Origin: Adineta vaga
Lineage: Eukaryota; Animalia; Rotifera
NCBI GenBank assembly: GCA_021613535.1
Contig: CP075494.1
Location: 3,844,001 to 3,908,000 of the forward strand
DNA: 64,000 nt
Reading direction: 5' to 3'
Below the pieces are notes generated by a model, which did not search any database, was not told the origin of the DNA, and worked only from the letters and a program-made list of their open reading frames with translations. This document shows, piece after piece, positions 25,101 to 37,046 of the stretch. A program made the position numbers and the translations under genes. Within the stretch, counting starts at the first letter, position 1. Each line of letters opens with the position of its first letter.

Positions 25101-26876
25101 AATCGATCTATTTGCATTTGTCCACTTTACAAATTTGGTTCATATTGTTATCTTACTCAATCAGTATGTCAACCAGAAACGTGTAAAAATCAAGGTACGT
25201 GTGTTCCGACTGATGAACGTATAAGCAATACGGAATTTACTTGCATATGTAAAGAAGGATACACTGGATTAAGATGTGAAAATATTGATATGCGTTTAGT
25301 GATTTCATTTTCATATGATATGATTATTCCACCTTCTATATTTGTACATTTTATTACTACATTTACTAATGCATACCCTCAACGAACAACAACCATCAAA
25401 AAGATTGGATTTGATCAAAACAGTGTAATTCTCTATAGATCTGATCCTTTTCACATGATTTTTGTTCAGTTTTCCAGTAATTACTATTTACTATACACTC
25501 AGAACGATAATAACAATTTAAAAAACTACAACCAATCAGTAATTATATTAGATTCTGTATCAACTAGTCAACGTTGTCCATCGATTAAAGATCTATTGAA
25601 TACAACGATATTTTCCTTTTCACGTTTTCGTTTTGTGAAATATTATCATTTACCTTGTCAAGAACGATCAACATTGAATTGTTTTTACGATGATATCTAC
25701 TTGTGTTTGTGTAATCTGGATAGACATGCAAATTGTTTCGAATTTGAACACAATATTACATATAATTGCAAAGGTATTGACTATTGTGATAATAAAGCAA
25801 TATGTCTTCAAAATAATCCAACTTGTCCCGACACAGTTGTTTGTTCATGTTCTGAATGTTTCCATGGTTCACGATGTCAGTTTACTACGAAAGGTTTTGA
25901 ACTATCATTAGATACTATTCTTGGTTATCATCTTCATCCTAATGTCGCTTTTATACGTCAACCACCAGTTGTTAAAGTAAGCATAGGATTAACAATGTTT
26001 ATATTATTAGCTGGTCTTATAAGTAATAGTTTGACAATAATAACTTTTAAAGTAAATAAAATTTCTAATGTTGGTTGTGACATCTATATTCCGGTTTTAT
26101 CAATTAACTCTATTATCATTGTAATTATTTCTACCATAAAGTTTTGGTTACTAATTGCATTAAAAATGACTTTTATTACTAACAGAATGGTTCTTAATAC
26201 TAATTGTATTTTAATAGAATTTTTATGCAAAGCCCTATTAAGCACAACTGATTGGCTCAATGCAAGTATTGCAATTGAACGAGCATATTCGGCTATTAGA
26301 GGTGTCTACTTTAAGAAAAAATTGAGTCGACAACGTGCTAAATGGATAGTTTTAATGGTTTATCTGGTGAATTTTACTAGTCTTATTTATGATCCTTTTC
26401 ATCGAGAATTGATTGATGATAAGGAAGAACAACGTACGTGGTGTGTCGTGAATTATTCAAAAATCTTACAAAATTTCAGTACATTTATTAATGTTTTCCA
26501 CTTTTTAAGTCCTTTTGTAATCAATATCATTTCAACAATTACCATTATTGTTGTTGTAACTAAACGTCGTTCTGCAGCTCAGAAAAATAATTCTTTTAAA
26601 GAACATTTACGTCAACAACTTGATCAACACAGACATTTATTAATCAATTCTTGTGTTCTAGTTATCTTGGGTTCACCACGTTTAATTATTTTATTTGTAA
26701 CGCGTTGTATGAAATCAGCAGGTGAACCATGGCCATTTCTAGCTGCATATTATATCTCATTTATACCATCATTTCTTTCGTTTTTTGTATTCGTTCTTTC
26801 GTCCAAAACGTATACTCAAAAGTTTGTCAATGTTATAAGAAGATTACAACGCAAAAATCGATGGCTCCGTCGTTAA
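22194..26876 (+). CDS. Large LDL-receptor class A/EGF-repeat 7TM GPCR, single exon
   Basis: Signal peptide from ATG 22194, many LDLa repeats (C..G..DC..G.DE), EGF repeats (CLCPPSYYGERC, CICKEGYTGLRC) and a C-terminal 7TM region with IAIER. Confidence 0.9.
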   Translation: MLYLLIFFIVKLALIKASPNYHLYFTDRTTSHKLRYDCLFYSITDNIVNYEEPFTFSRETIPYCISPETASTSWNDSIGLGTELSFEILRQQNISSQQLFDWSASMDVIEQYEIYLQNPYESLSTQTFYNCSTPWFGPVCQYKFSIPHTFAAIITAIFGAKKYVDRMQNTHTCYKILNCIREPSSSCLDWREICNGVIDCTNDGVDEKYCYELEMQECTENEYRCRNGQCIPSQFFHDNIINPDCLDQSDEKSSLQYPLMCDGDPSFRCEEIVCRNLFEFPCGDGTCSSEIMPSYYFVCNSGRDFRMTQAMLEHKYNSHIRVACWMALICHLKYNHIFPYINCGDICQDLDGSCTDIISQECPIHFIFPMSSITPSYIYFAYTNDRSSITDIPAPDYLCYDREICPFLPFSIMINNRTCHDFQKLNYIPYYNLPGINNQTEKNFFHGCISYGKMDNVKLCQNPALYRCMSSEKCISKHRLVDGIQDCFHGDDETYSSSCMLNHQHRFRCTSELNRCIAPINVGNFIWDCLGGEDEINKRGTDHHKSITFPMFCDGFFDMRFDRNAIETDETNCESWPCINQYTRCNGHSNCRNGADELNCGQTVCSLDTHPCVSPITNQLICIGLNKTGDGHIDCLGASDERYICRQSMSFKPTEQFNCWNHSMCLSSEALCDEQPNCLYGDDEQFCEKIYNPFDINTRCDSVWNGYRSASEEFLCSLTDEGKPETVYFALQNVTVQPLPNMISPIHTPFLVTKHQMSKRQNINFMDLVSYCNRGIVVYENETENKKCLCPPSYYGERCEYQTDRVSITMQIQSTELRTIYSIVLILVDDVGHIHSVEQHSYLSMRDCANKINTYLLYQHHHKELNGKSYFVHIHIFDKLTLKYRFSWSFPLLFLFLPVQRLAIQVIVPNREFKKIRNCPLKCFHGRCQQFLNNLTYFCQCDRHWSGPLCSIQSNCDCSDNSLCIGSIHNRSICICPLYKFGSYCYLTQSVCQPETCKNQGTCVPTDERISNTEFTCICKEGYTGLRCENIDMRLVISFSYDMIIPPSIFVHFITTFTNAYPQRTTTIKKIGFDQNSVILYRSDPFHMIFVQFSSNYYLLYTQNDNNNLKNYNQSVIILDSVSTSQRCPSIKDLLNTTIFSFSRFRFVKYYHLPCQERSTLNCFYDDIYLCLCNLDRHANCFEFEHNITYNCKGIDYCDNKAICLQNNPTCPDTVVCSCSECFHGSRCQFTTKGFELSLDTILGYHLHPNVAFIRQPPVVKVSIGLTMFILLAGLISNSLTIITFKVNKISNVGCDIYIPVLSINSIIIVIISTIKFWLLIALKMTFITNRMVLNTNCILIEFLCKALLSTTDWLNASIAIERAYSAIRGVYFKKKLSRQRAKWIVLMVYLVNFTSLIYDPFHRELIDDKEEQRTWCVVNYSKILQNFSTFINVFHFLSPFVINIISTITIIVVVTKRRSAAQKNNSFKEHLRQQLDQHRHLLINSCVLVILGSPRLIILFVTRCMKSAGEPWPFLAAYYISFIPSFLSFFVFVLSSKTYTQKFVNVIRRLQRKNRWLRR

Positions 26877-27430
26877 CCTTCTCTTACTTTGATATGGAAA
26901 CAAACTTTAACGAACGATTATATCGTATTTAAACGTGCTTTGAATTATTTATAGAGTTGCATCTGCATTCACACTTATCACTTTACAAAACCTTCTAGTT
27001 CATCTGAAAATGATGTCATATGAAAACCATTTCAGAGAAATATATTCGAAAATAAAGGGTGAATATGCTGAGTTAAAATCAAAATAGATCATTTTTCAAA
27101 ATCAGAGTATATGAATGTATATAGATATCTCAATCATTCTTTGAAAAGCATGACTGAAAGTGATGTGTTTTTTATATTTTTCTAATCATCATTTTGTAGA
27201 TAACGAATAGGACAAACTTTTTCTGATACATAGATTAAAAGCTATGAATTGTATTGTATTTAGTATTGGAGCTATTCTTCTGACAATCAATTGTCAATAT
27301 GACGATGCCACTATTGACATTATATTCTCTACATTAGAGGTCAAACAATGAAATTTAACCAAATAATCTCTATTTGAGTAATGCAATATTCAAATGTTAT
27401 CTACAGATTTTATTGATTTTTAACAGAAGA

Positions 27431-29279
27431 TCAAAACCAAATGAACATTTTTGATAAAGTAAGATGAACATAAAAAGCATATGGATGATATTTTAAATAA
27501 GTATTTTGAATAAGCCAATCGAATAATTTTTCTTTCGAAGCAAATTCTACATAAGAAATTTGTGTTGTAAAATGAAATAATTTTGATAGAAGTGATATTT
27601 TTTCATTTCGATCAAAAAGTCTTTTCAAACAAGTATTATATGAAATATGATCTGATGGAAATAATATTTCGAAATATTGAACATTAGGAAATTGATATGC
27701 AAAATCGATTAGTTCGTTTTCATCAGTTAAACGACGTTCAACAATTAAATGACGAACTGTTGGTTGAATACAAATTTGCGATGAAGTTAATATTGCTAAG
27801 AATAAAAATGAAGAAAAATGAATTCAATGATTGAGAATGTTATACTATCTTACGGAAATATTTTGTTAAAATAAGTTTTGAAATTCTTGATGGTAATTTC
27901 CTATGAACCATTGAACCAGTTGTGAGAGTTTTTGTTCGAATAAAATATTGATATAAATCATCGAATTCATTTGCTTTTGTAATTAATAAATGATCAATAT
28001 ATTGAGCACGTTTTACATCAGATTTAACTGTTGTATAACATCCACTTTGAACAAGTGGTAAACGTCGTTGATCATCTTTATTCGATGGCCATGGATAGGA
28101 ATACAAATGAATCCATTTATCTGATTCATTTATATAATTTACCGAATTCATTGACCATTGTGTAAAATTAATCAGAGATGTTATCTCTCTAATAATTCGA
28201 TGTGTCATTGTATAATCAAACGAATGAAGACGTGGAAAATATTCTTTAAGAATCGATTCAAGTAATGAACCATGACAAAAAGATGGATCAGGTGTATCGC
28301 GAATACTTAATGTTAAATCTATTAAATTCGGCATAAAACTGAATATGATCTTCAAATCATTGAAGAGAAGACCAATACGATGTTCAAAGAGACTAAATTT
28401 GGTTAATTGAAGACAAGTTGATGTTTTTATTGGAAAATTACAAGCTTCAAAGCAAATAAAATAATCAAAATACTATTTTGTTGATGTTTTCTTACCGAGT
28501 ATTCTTGGTTGAATCAAATGAATTATCATTGTTTGAACATTTGGAATAAGTCCATCCAATAGAATAAATAAATCATCGATTGTTTGAAGAAAAAGATTGA
28601 CATTACGAAGTGTTTGATGAGGTATTAATGATTTATTCAATATTATTCCATAATGATATTCTATAGAAATTGTATGAAGAGAAAACATTTCTGAATTAAA
28701 TAAAAATCGTGCAAGTGATATGTAACATTCTTCATTTACATCCGTATCGAATGCAAGACTTTCATCATCATCATCATTGATTAATTCTTGACGAATGTTT
28801 ATATGAAGAGATTCCAATTGAGATAAAATCCTTTCGTAAGAACGAAGAAATCGAAGATTGGCTTGTGAACAATGAATTAATTTCAATTCTTTTAAATAGT
28901 AGAAAATTGAATGTAGAATATCGAATGGTATATCAGAGAAAAAACGTTCTATTAAACAATTGATATGTTCGTTGCTTAAAACTAATGATTCAGGTCGAAA
29001 TGTAGTTGAAGAATAACACAATAAACTTCTAATATAATTATATTCATTATTGTTTATTTGATCAAATTTGATTTTCTTGTAATAATTACAAATCAGACGA
29101 TGAAGACGAAATTCTGCGTGTTCAGGTGTATAGAATGAAAAAAGAATATAAGCTGATGATAGATAACGACAAATTTGAAGAAGGATTTGATCCGATAGAT
29201 CAAGAAAAGTCGTTACATGATTATCAATATCCTTTGCAGATGTTGAATTTAATTTTAATAAAACAAAATCATCAATCAT
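27431..29279 (-). CDS. F-box-like/LRR-like protein, three coding exons
   Basis: N-terminal FLDLSDQILLQICRYL, degenerate leucine-rich repeats and LYSYPW. Short introns near 28495-28445 and 27850-27797. Confidence 0.72.
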
Positions 29280-30046
29280 CGCTGGAAATACAAGACTTTT
29301 TTAAAAATATAAATGTAATTTTAATATAACAAAAGAAACTTACTATTTTCCTCAGAAGTATGTATTTTTGTTTTCATATTGAAAAAAGATTTCAGAATAA
29401 TGTTTTCTCATTCACTATTTATAGTGGAACGAATGAAATTCTATTGGTGAACTTTTTTTACTAACATTGGTCACTATGAACGAGATTTCATATAATTGAC
29501 CTGAACACATATAGATTGACCTTATAGTATTGATGAACTTCATTTGTTTGAAAAAAAACGGTCAATGTTTCTGAGCAATTCAAAAATGTCAATCAGTAAC
29601 AACAAAACCACTCGTTTTCGTTTTTGATTTTCATATGTAAAGAAAACAAGAGATTTGTGTATAAAAACTAAATCAATATTAAGATGATTGTAATTCATTG
29701 TGAATTTGAATTTTCTTAAAATTTTAACTGTTAATTCAAGGACTTGTTCAACTCTTCCTTGTGATATAATCGTATTTCCAAACTATCATTAGATTCGAGT
29801 TTTTCGATCTTGATTAACATTTGTTTGATAAGTATAGCATCTTAAGAGAGAATATTGAACATCAACCAATTGACGATACTCTCTCACTCTACTATGAGAA
29901 CAGAAAGATGTCGTTAATTTCTGATGTATTTTTTTTAACCATGAGAATCATTGGTTGATGTATAAGCAGCTTGTTCTTTTTTTTCTGAAGGACAAACGTA
30001 TTTTTTTACATTTAATAAAACAAGGCAAAAAGAACAGTAAGAAATT

Positions 30047-32472
30047 ATGGCTGAAAAAGTCGAAATAGATAAATCAATTCTTGCACCTGATGATATTCAT
30101 GAATCTTTATTAAATGATAAAAGTGATGTTCATGTAAAAGTTGGTCCTGTAGCAAATTTTTCTGCCGAAGAAGAAGGTAACGTTGAAGGACTTGATGAAT
30201 TAATTCAATATAAAAAACCGAAAGAAAATCAAGAATTTATTGGTTTAACAAAAGAAGTAAGATTTTTGTTTTTTTTAATTACAAGAGAAGATTTTTATTT
30301 TTTCTTCTTCATTAAGGAATTAAAACTTTATATAAATAATCCAAAATGGAAACGTATTCGTTGGATCATTGCTATTTTATATATTCTATTACTTTTATCA
30401 CTTTTAATTGGAGCAATTGTTTTGGTTATAACATTACCACGTTGTCCACCAAAACCGAATCTTCGTTGGTATGAAAAAGATATTATTTATGAAATTGATG
30501 TTCCTGTTTTTCGTGATTCAAATCAAGATGGAATTGGAGATATCAAAGGTTTGATTTTTATTAAAGAACAAGAAAAAAACGATGATCCTTGATTCTTTTT
30601 TTTTCTTCAGGTGTCGAAGAAAAATTGAAATATTTTGAAAAGAATCGAATAAAATCTCTTCTTTTTCAATCATCAATATTTAATACAACAGATGGACGAA
30701 CTCCTTATGATCAAAATATTGATTTAATGACATTGGATACAAAAATTGGAAATGATAAAGATTTACAAGATTTTATCAAGATTCTCAATCGAAAAGGTTT
30801 TTCTTCGTTCTTGTTTTTCTTCTGCTTCTATTGACTTGTATTTTCAATTTAAATAGATATGCATTTAATTATTGATTTACCAATATCATCAGCACCACTT
30901 CGTTCTACAGTAAGTGTAATAAGAAAAACAAATTTAATCTTTTAAAATGAAGACAATTTGAATAAATAAACTTTTTAGAATCCATGTTCCAGAAATAAAA
31001 ATGATCTTGGTTGTCGTTTTCTTGAAACATATGATCGATTTCCATTGGATTTCAAAGATAAAAAGATTTATGAAGAAGCCAAAGTAAGATTTCTCAATAG
31101 AAAGAAATAATTTCTTAAAAATAACAAAATCAATTTTTAGTCTCGCATTGAATATTGGTTAGTAACAAAAAAAGTTGATGGAATTCGTGTTAATCTTCCA
31201 CTTGAATTTAATTCATCAACATCTTCATATGATATTTCTTATTCTACTATTCAACAATGGAATAAACTTCGAGAAGAAATTGAAAAGAAAACCAAACCAA
31301 AGTAAAGAAAAGATTTTCCCTTTTCTTTTTTGTTAAAGAAAAAAAATTCTTTGTTTTTTCTTTTGAAAAGATTATTTCTTTATGATGTTCCATTTGGATT
31401 ACAAAAGTTTATTACGAATGATGATTTAAATAAGAAATCAGGACATTCTTTATATTTATCAAATAATCAACAAAGATCAATAATTGATGCATCCAGTTTA
31501 AATACAAGAATTCAATCATTTCAAAAATCTAAATTATCACAACCACAATTTTGGCAGGTTGGTTTGATAATGATCTTGAAGGAATTTTTGATTTTTCGTT
31601 TTTAGCTCGGATCAAAACGAAGAAGCGATGATTTAGGAATTATTCAAGAAAATCAATTATCAAAAGAAATAGTTTTAACTCTGACAATGTTATTAGGTGG
31701 AACACCTGTTGTTCTTTATGGAGAAGAAATTGGTCTTGATCAAGTAAGTTTTAACATATACAGATCGTTGTTTTCTTATGAAATATTTAGAAAATCTATC
31801 CGTTAATGTCTTGGACACCTGATCGACCATCTGGAGGATTTTCAGATTGTTCAACAGATACATGTCGACGTCGTTTTTCATTTAATCGAAATGATTTACC
31901 AAGAACAAGTGTTAAAGTAAAACAATTCTATGTTAATTAAATATTCTATTCCTTCCTTTTCTTTCCTCAAGCGTCAAGAAGCATTCGGTGGTGAATCAAA
32001 AGATTCTTTATTGAATGTTTTTCGTCATTTATCTCAAATACGTCAAAGTGAATCATTTCAACATGGATTATTACAAACAGGTTGTGATCGACAATCCAAT
32101 CTATTCTGGTTTATTCGAGAAGCACCTGGACATCGAGGATATGTTGTAAGATGTTCTTTATTTAATAAACAAACAAATTTTCTATATTATTTTTCTAAAA
32201 AAAAATAGGTCTTATTAAATTTAAATCCAAATCATATAAATGATTTAGCTCATATTTCATTAAATCGTTTAACAGATGAAGATGTTCCATTACATATCGA
32301 TAATGAATATCAATGGCCAAAATTAACTCTTCCAAGGTCAAATAAAACGCATGTTGATTCGGATAATTTATTAATTAATTCTCAATCAATCAATATCTTT
32401 TCCTGGGCACCAAAACTTGTTAAACCAGACGTTTTATATAAACGCGCAAAACAACATCAACATAATTGTTAA
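30047..32472 (+). CDS. SLC3 heteromeric amino acid transporter heavy chain (4F2hc/rBAT-like), multi-exon
   Basis: GLTKEELK..WKRIRW followed by a TM helix, PRCPPKP..WYE, FRDSNQDGIGDIKG and LLGGTPVVLYGEEIGL (alpha-amylase-like). TAA at 32470-32472. Confidence 0.88.
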
Positions 32473-33884
32473 TCTTAACACAAACATTTTTCCCCTCAAT
32501 TATTTCCTTATCGATTCACATGATTTTTTCAAATTTAACATTTTTCCTCATCCTTTAATCATTTAATCTAATATCAGAAAATAGTTTCATGCATGAATAA
32601 AATATTTTTTCTTATCATAGAATTTCTATGATAAGAATATAATAATAGAAATAAATGGTAAATGGGAATATGGTTTTTTTAGCTTCCATATGTTCGAATG
32701 CTCTCTTCTTTCTATATTCTTTATTTCTTCAAAAAGAAGTATACGCTGATGGTGCATCATCGATCTACCCTTTATATGAAACACTCTAAATATGAAATAA
32801 AATATACGTTGATTCATGAAAAGATATTGTCTCAATACTTGTTGAAAATGATTGAATCGGTCGAAGGTATATAATTATGAACTGAATAAGTGTTCCGTAG
32901 AAGCTTAAACTCATGGTACGAATATTTAATAGAAGAATATCAACTGTTTTATTATTTCTTTATTTGATCGAAATGCATGATAAATTCATCAACGATAGTG
33001 TGCTTTAATTTTCGAACATTTGTTGCGATAAATTAGAAGAATAAGTTCTTTTAATCTCGCAATATTTCAATGAAAAAGTTGTAAAGGTTTGGTAGAAAAT
33101 TGTTCGTTATTAAATTCCAAAACAAAAAAGAAGAAAAAGATTAAAATAAGAAAGTTACTTTTTTCTATATGTTCAATGGTACACCATTGAAACAAAAATA
33201 TTATAAATGTTCTAAGAATTTTTGGGATTGTACGCATCTTTTATTATCTACAATCATCGTTCTTAAATTCACTAGGATGCATTTTGGCAAACCAATGTAG
33301 AAATTAAATTTGAAAAAAAAGACAAATATTCCAGTTTATAGTTTTAATTTATGAGAACTAACCTTAAAAAAAACCATGCTTCCGACGATGTATGAGAAAA
33401 TAAGATTTTACCTGATATAACTGGTAAATCACACATGAATAGAAAGAGAAAGTTATATCAATAAGTTAGATAAATCATAAATGGATTAACATAGTTCTGT
33501 AACACTCAGGAAAGAAGGAAAAAGTTTGTCTATTAATTCTATATAATTTCCAACTCATAGTTTCCATTTTTTTCAAACTTAAAGGTCTTTGACTATTTAG
33601 ATATGACTTATAAAGTATATAGAATTAAGACTTAATGCTTTATTTCTGATATTGACTAAGTCAGTTCATTCTCTATCATATATATGTGTGTATATTTACG
33701 GTAATAGTGCTATATCAAAAGTACCAGTCTTTTCCTAGGTAAGTACATGTGCACTTATGAAATTTTCATAGCTTGAATTACTTTCAAAAGTGAAACGATG
33801 TACTGCATAGATAAAATCTTCTATAAAATATTTCTTATTTTTAGTGAACATCAAAACTCTTGTAATTTTACTTCGTTAATCATT

Positions 33885-34268
33885 ATGATGATTCCATATT
33901 TCAAGTATTTAATATGTATTCTGATTTTATTTGGTCAATTTCTCTGCGTTGAAGCCACTTCATCGTCTGATATAGATAATTGCACTGTAGAACACGATGG
34001 ACAATTATTAAAAGAAGGTCAACATATGGAAATCAAAGGAAAACTTTATAAAGTGGAAAGTTGTGCACTTCATCGAGCTTATCATGCATGTGGAGCTTAT
34101 CTTTTACAAATGGTCAGTATTGCTTGTGAAATTATCAAAAATCAAAGACCCGTATTTTCAAGTGTTACACGTGGCCGTAGATATGCACGACGAAAGTTAC
34201 TTACTGAAGCTTGTTGTGAAACTATATGTACTGTTGCTGAAATGACACGTTATTGTCCTTCACATTAA
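33885..34268 (+). CDS. Insulin-like peptide precursor with N-terminal extension
   Basis: Signal peptide; B-chain ACGAYLLQMVSIAC; basic cleavage region RGRRYARRK; A-chain EACCETICTVAEMTRYC (CC-x3-C-x8-C). Probable 5'UTR intron 33739-33844. Confidence 0.88.
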   Translation: MMIPYFKYLICILILFGQFLCVEATSSSDIDNCTVEHDGQLLKEGQHMEIKGKLYKVESCALHRAYHACGAYLLQMVSIACEIIKNQRPVFSSVTRGRRYARRKLLTEACCETICTVAEMTRYCPSH

Positions 34269-34664
34269 GATAGTTTTTATAATATTAATAATATTTTTTA
34301 TGCAATATGTTTATTATTAAATAAACAAATCGATCTATAGAATTATAAAGTAATACAATTTTCGTTTCACTTGTTGTATATTGAATTGTTATTTTATCTT
34401 TGGTTCTGTTAATAAACTGAATTTTCATATCAAATTCTATTAGATTTAACATCAAAGCAATCTTATTAATTTAGATATCATGTGTTTTATAGATGATGTT
34501 ACTACTGCGGCATTTTTTGTTTGTTTTATTGAGATTCTAATGACAAACTGCAGAAGTAACGGTGACATTCACTACACTCTTACATTATACACAGATAATT
34601 TGTATACGCAATACAGAGAACGAGAATTACTTGATAGACAAACGTAGTATCACATCATCATAGC

Positions 34665-35863
34665 TTAGTTTATGTTTTCTTGTCGTCCTCTTGTGTTCGT
34701 CAGATATCCCAAGGTGATTGGACCACGAGTATGAGATTGGGCTGCTTGTGTAGCTATGGATAAATCTCTAACAGTTCTTCGAAATGTTTCATCATTTGTT
34801 ATTGGTTGAATACGATTAGTGTTAATTAATCGTCTACACTTGAATATTGAGCGTAACGCACGAATTAATTCCTTTCGAAATGTGCGCGATGACATAGTAT
34901 ATAAAAAGAATGATGAAGCAGGAAATAAAAGGATCACTACTTCCGCCATGAAGAAAGCAAAACGTTCAATTGATATACGCTCTATTGGTTTATTCGAAAT
35001 ATTCAATGTTGCAGCATTGTAAATATAAAAGACCATGAGAGGTATGACTGAAATAACATAGACAATGACTTGAGTGAAAAGCATAACTAAAGCTTGTTGA
35101 TCTCGTGAGCGATGGATATGATGTGCTTCATCTCTTTCTACTTGTAGATTGATTGTTGGTTGACGACGCTGCCGTTTAAGAGCGAGATTCTGACGAATTA
35201 ACAGGGCACAACCAAACATGATGGACGTTGGCAGAACGCAGGAGGCCATGGTCGCAAAAATACTGTGGTAGAGTGCTGCAGCTATGCCACTAAAAATTCC
35301 ACATGTACTTGCCCTTATATTATAAAAGATAAGAGTATGCACAGGCAGAATAAGCCAAACGATCACTATTACTACTACAACACGACGTGCAATATATACT
35401 CTTGCATAGTTTCGGAAACGTGCATTTGAAGATGAGAGTGCCAATCGATCAATACAAGCTGCAGTCAATGACCAACGATATGTCAAAGCAACAAATTGAT
35501 TTAAGTAGATGCGTAATTTACAAAATGCAAGTATTGTTGTAATTGGATCGATGTTATTTAGTGAATACAAACTTGGTCCAATACCGAATCCCAAATTAGC
35601 TATCATTGCCACGGATGATGCTAAGAAATCTATTAAAACATTAGAAATTCTTATACCGATAAATAGAGTCATGTACGAGAATAAAAAAAACATGAATATA
35701 AAGATGACTTACATGTGCAACAGGATACTGTTCGATAATGTCGTTGAGAGAAGAGAAGAATGTTTAGACAACATCCGACTATGCCAAGTATAAGATATAC
35801 AGAATAAAGATAACGAGTAGTTTCCTGTTGAATAACAAGCAGTGTATTAGCCAACGACGACAT
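34665..35863 (-). CDS. Orphan class A GPCR, copy 2; intron 35712-35630
   Basis: Near-identical to 8623-9806 at an offset of 26057 bp, with a different extreme C-terminus. Confidence 0.88.
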
Positions 35864-37046
35864 GTGTTCAACTGATATTCTATAAAAATTAAACAAGATG
35901 CAAAATTTAATCGGAAATGACTAGTTGATAGTAACTAATTCGAATTAGAAGACAAATACTAAATTTGTCACATTTTAGTAACAGTACTTCGCAGTCATCA
36001 TGCGTATGACATAAATTAGAACACAGTCAGATATGAAAAGCTACCATCGTACATAGTTGATAATGATATGTGATGAGTCTTATATATCTGACCGACAAAA
36101 AAAACTTCAAAAAAGGTTACTCATTTATATGTGCCGAAAGAAAAAGAAACAGAGAGAGAGAGAGAAAGAAGGAGTAAAACGTGAGCAACTTTAAACTCCA
36201 TCTATTTAATAAGCATCAGCACCTCGCTTTGCGTGATTATTATGCGAGAATAAAAAGGAAGAAATAATTTATCATTAACTATCACACTGATACCACTCTC
36301 AGAAAATGTTGTATATTTCAGAGAATTCATAAAAACCGATATCAATTATCTTTAAAACGTACATTGAGATCAAAGATGTATTTTATTCTATTTTAATTCT
36401 CCAATTATTAAAAACCGTTAAAAAGTTAATGAAGTGTTAACAGTTCTGTTAGGAGAAATATGTCTCTAATTAATGTATTTATGATGAGTAATAAAGACAA
36501 ATTGAGGAGATAAATAAGTTTTTCTAGTTGGACGAAGCAATGAATTGCCACAGTGTTTATATGACAATGTTTGACATTCGCGATTTGTCAATATTGTCAT
36601 TAAGTAATTCGAAAATTATCTAAATGTTCATTTCATTTCACGGGTAAATCATGTCAATCTCGTTCTAAGCATTATTAGTTTCAAATATTCATGAAAAATA
36701 TTACATAGAAGCGAAGAAATAATTTGTATGTGAATGCACGTGCCATATTCATCTTCTTTTTCAAGCCTTCGTTTGATGATTATCTTCATTAAGAACAATA
36801 CATTAATTATTTTCTATATAAAGGAATAAACATGGTGTGCGCAAAAGTGACAGTATTGGTATGGGTGTAGACCTTTCTCACTCGTGTTCATTCACCCTCA
36901 AGATGTCCTTGCTTACAGAAATGGCTAAGTAAGTTTCAGATTCGGACATCACTGCGTTGTACTCCTTGCGTAATATTTCCCTAATTGTTTCAATAGTAAT
37001 GAATTATATAAAAACAAATTAAAACAATGATATAAAATGTCAAAGT

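Noticed and set aside
33172-33191. 9-bp hairpin ttcaatggt-ac-accattgaa
   Set aside because: Expected by chance in 64 kb of AT-rich DNA.
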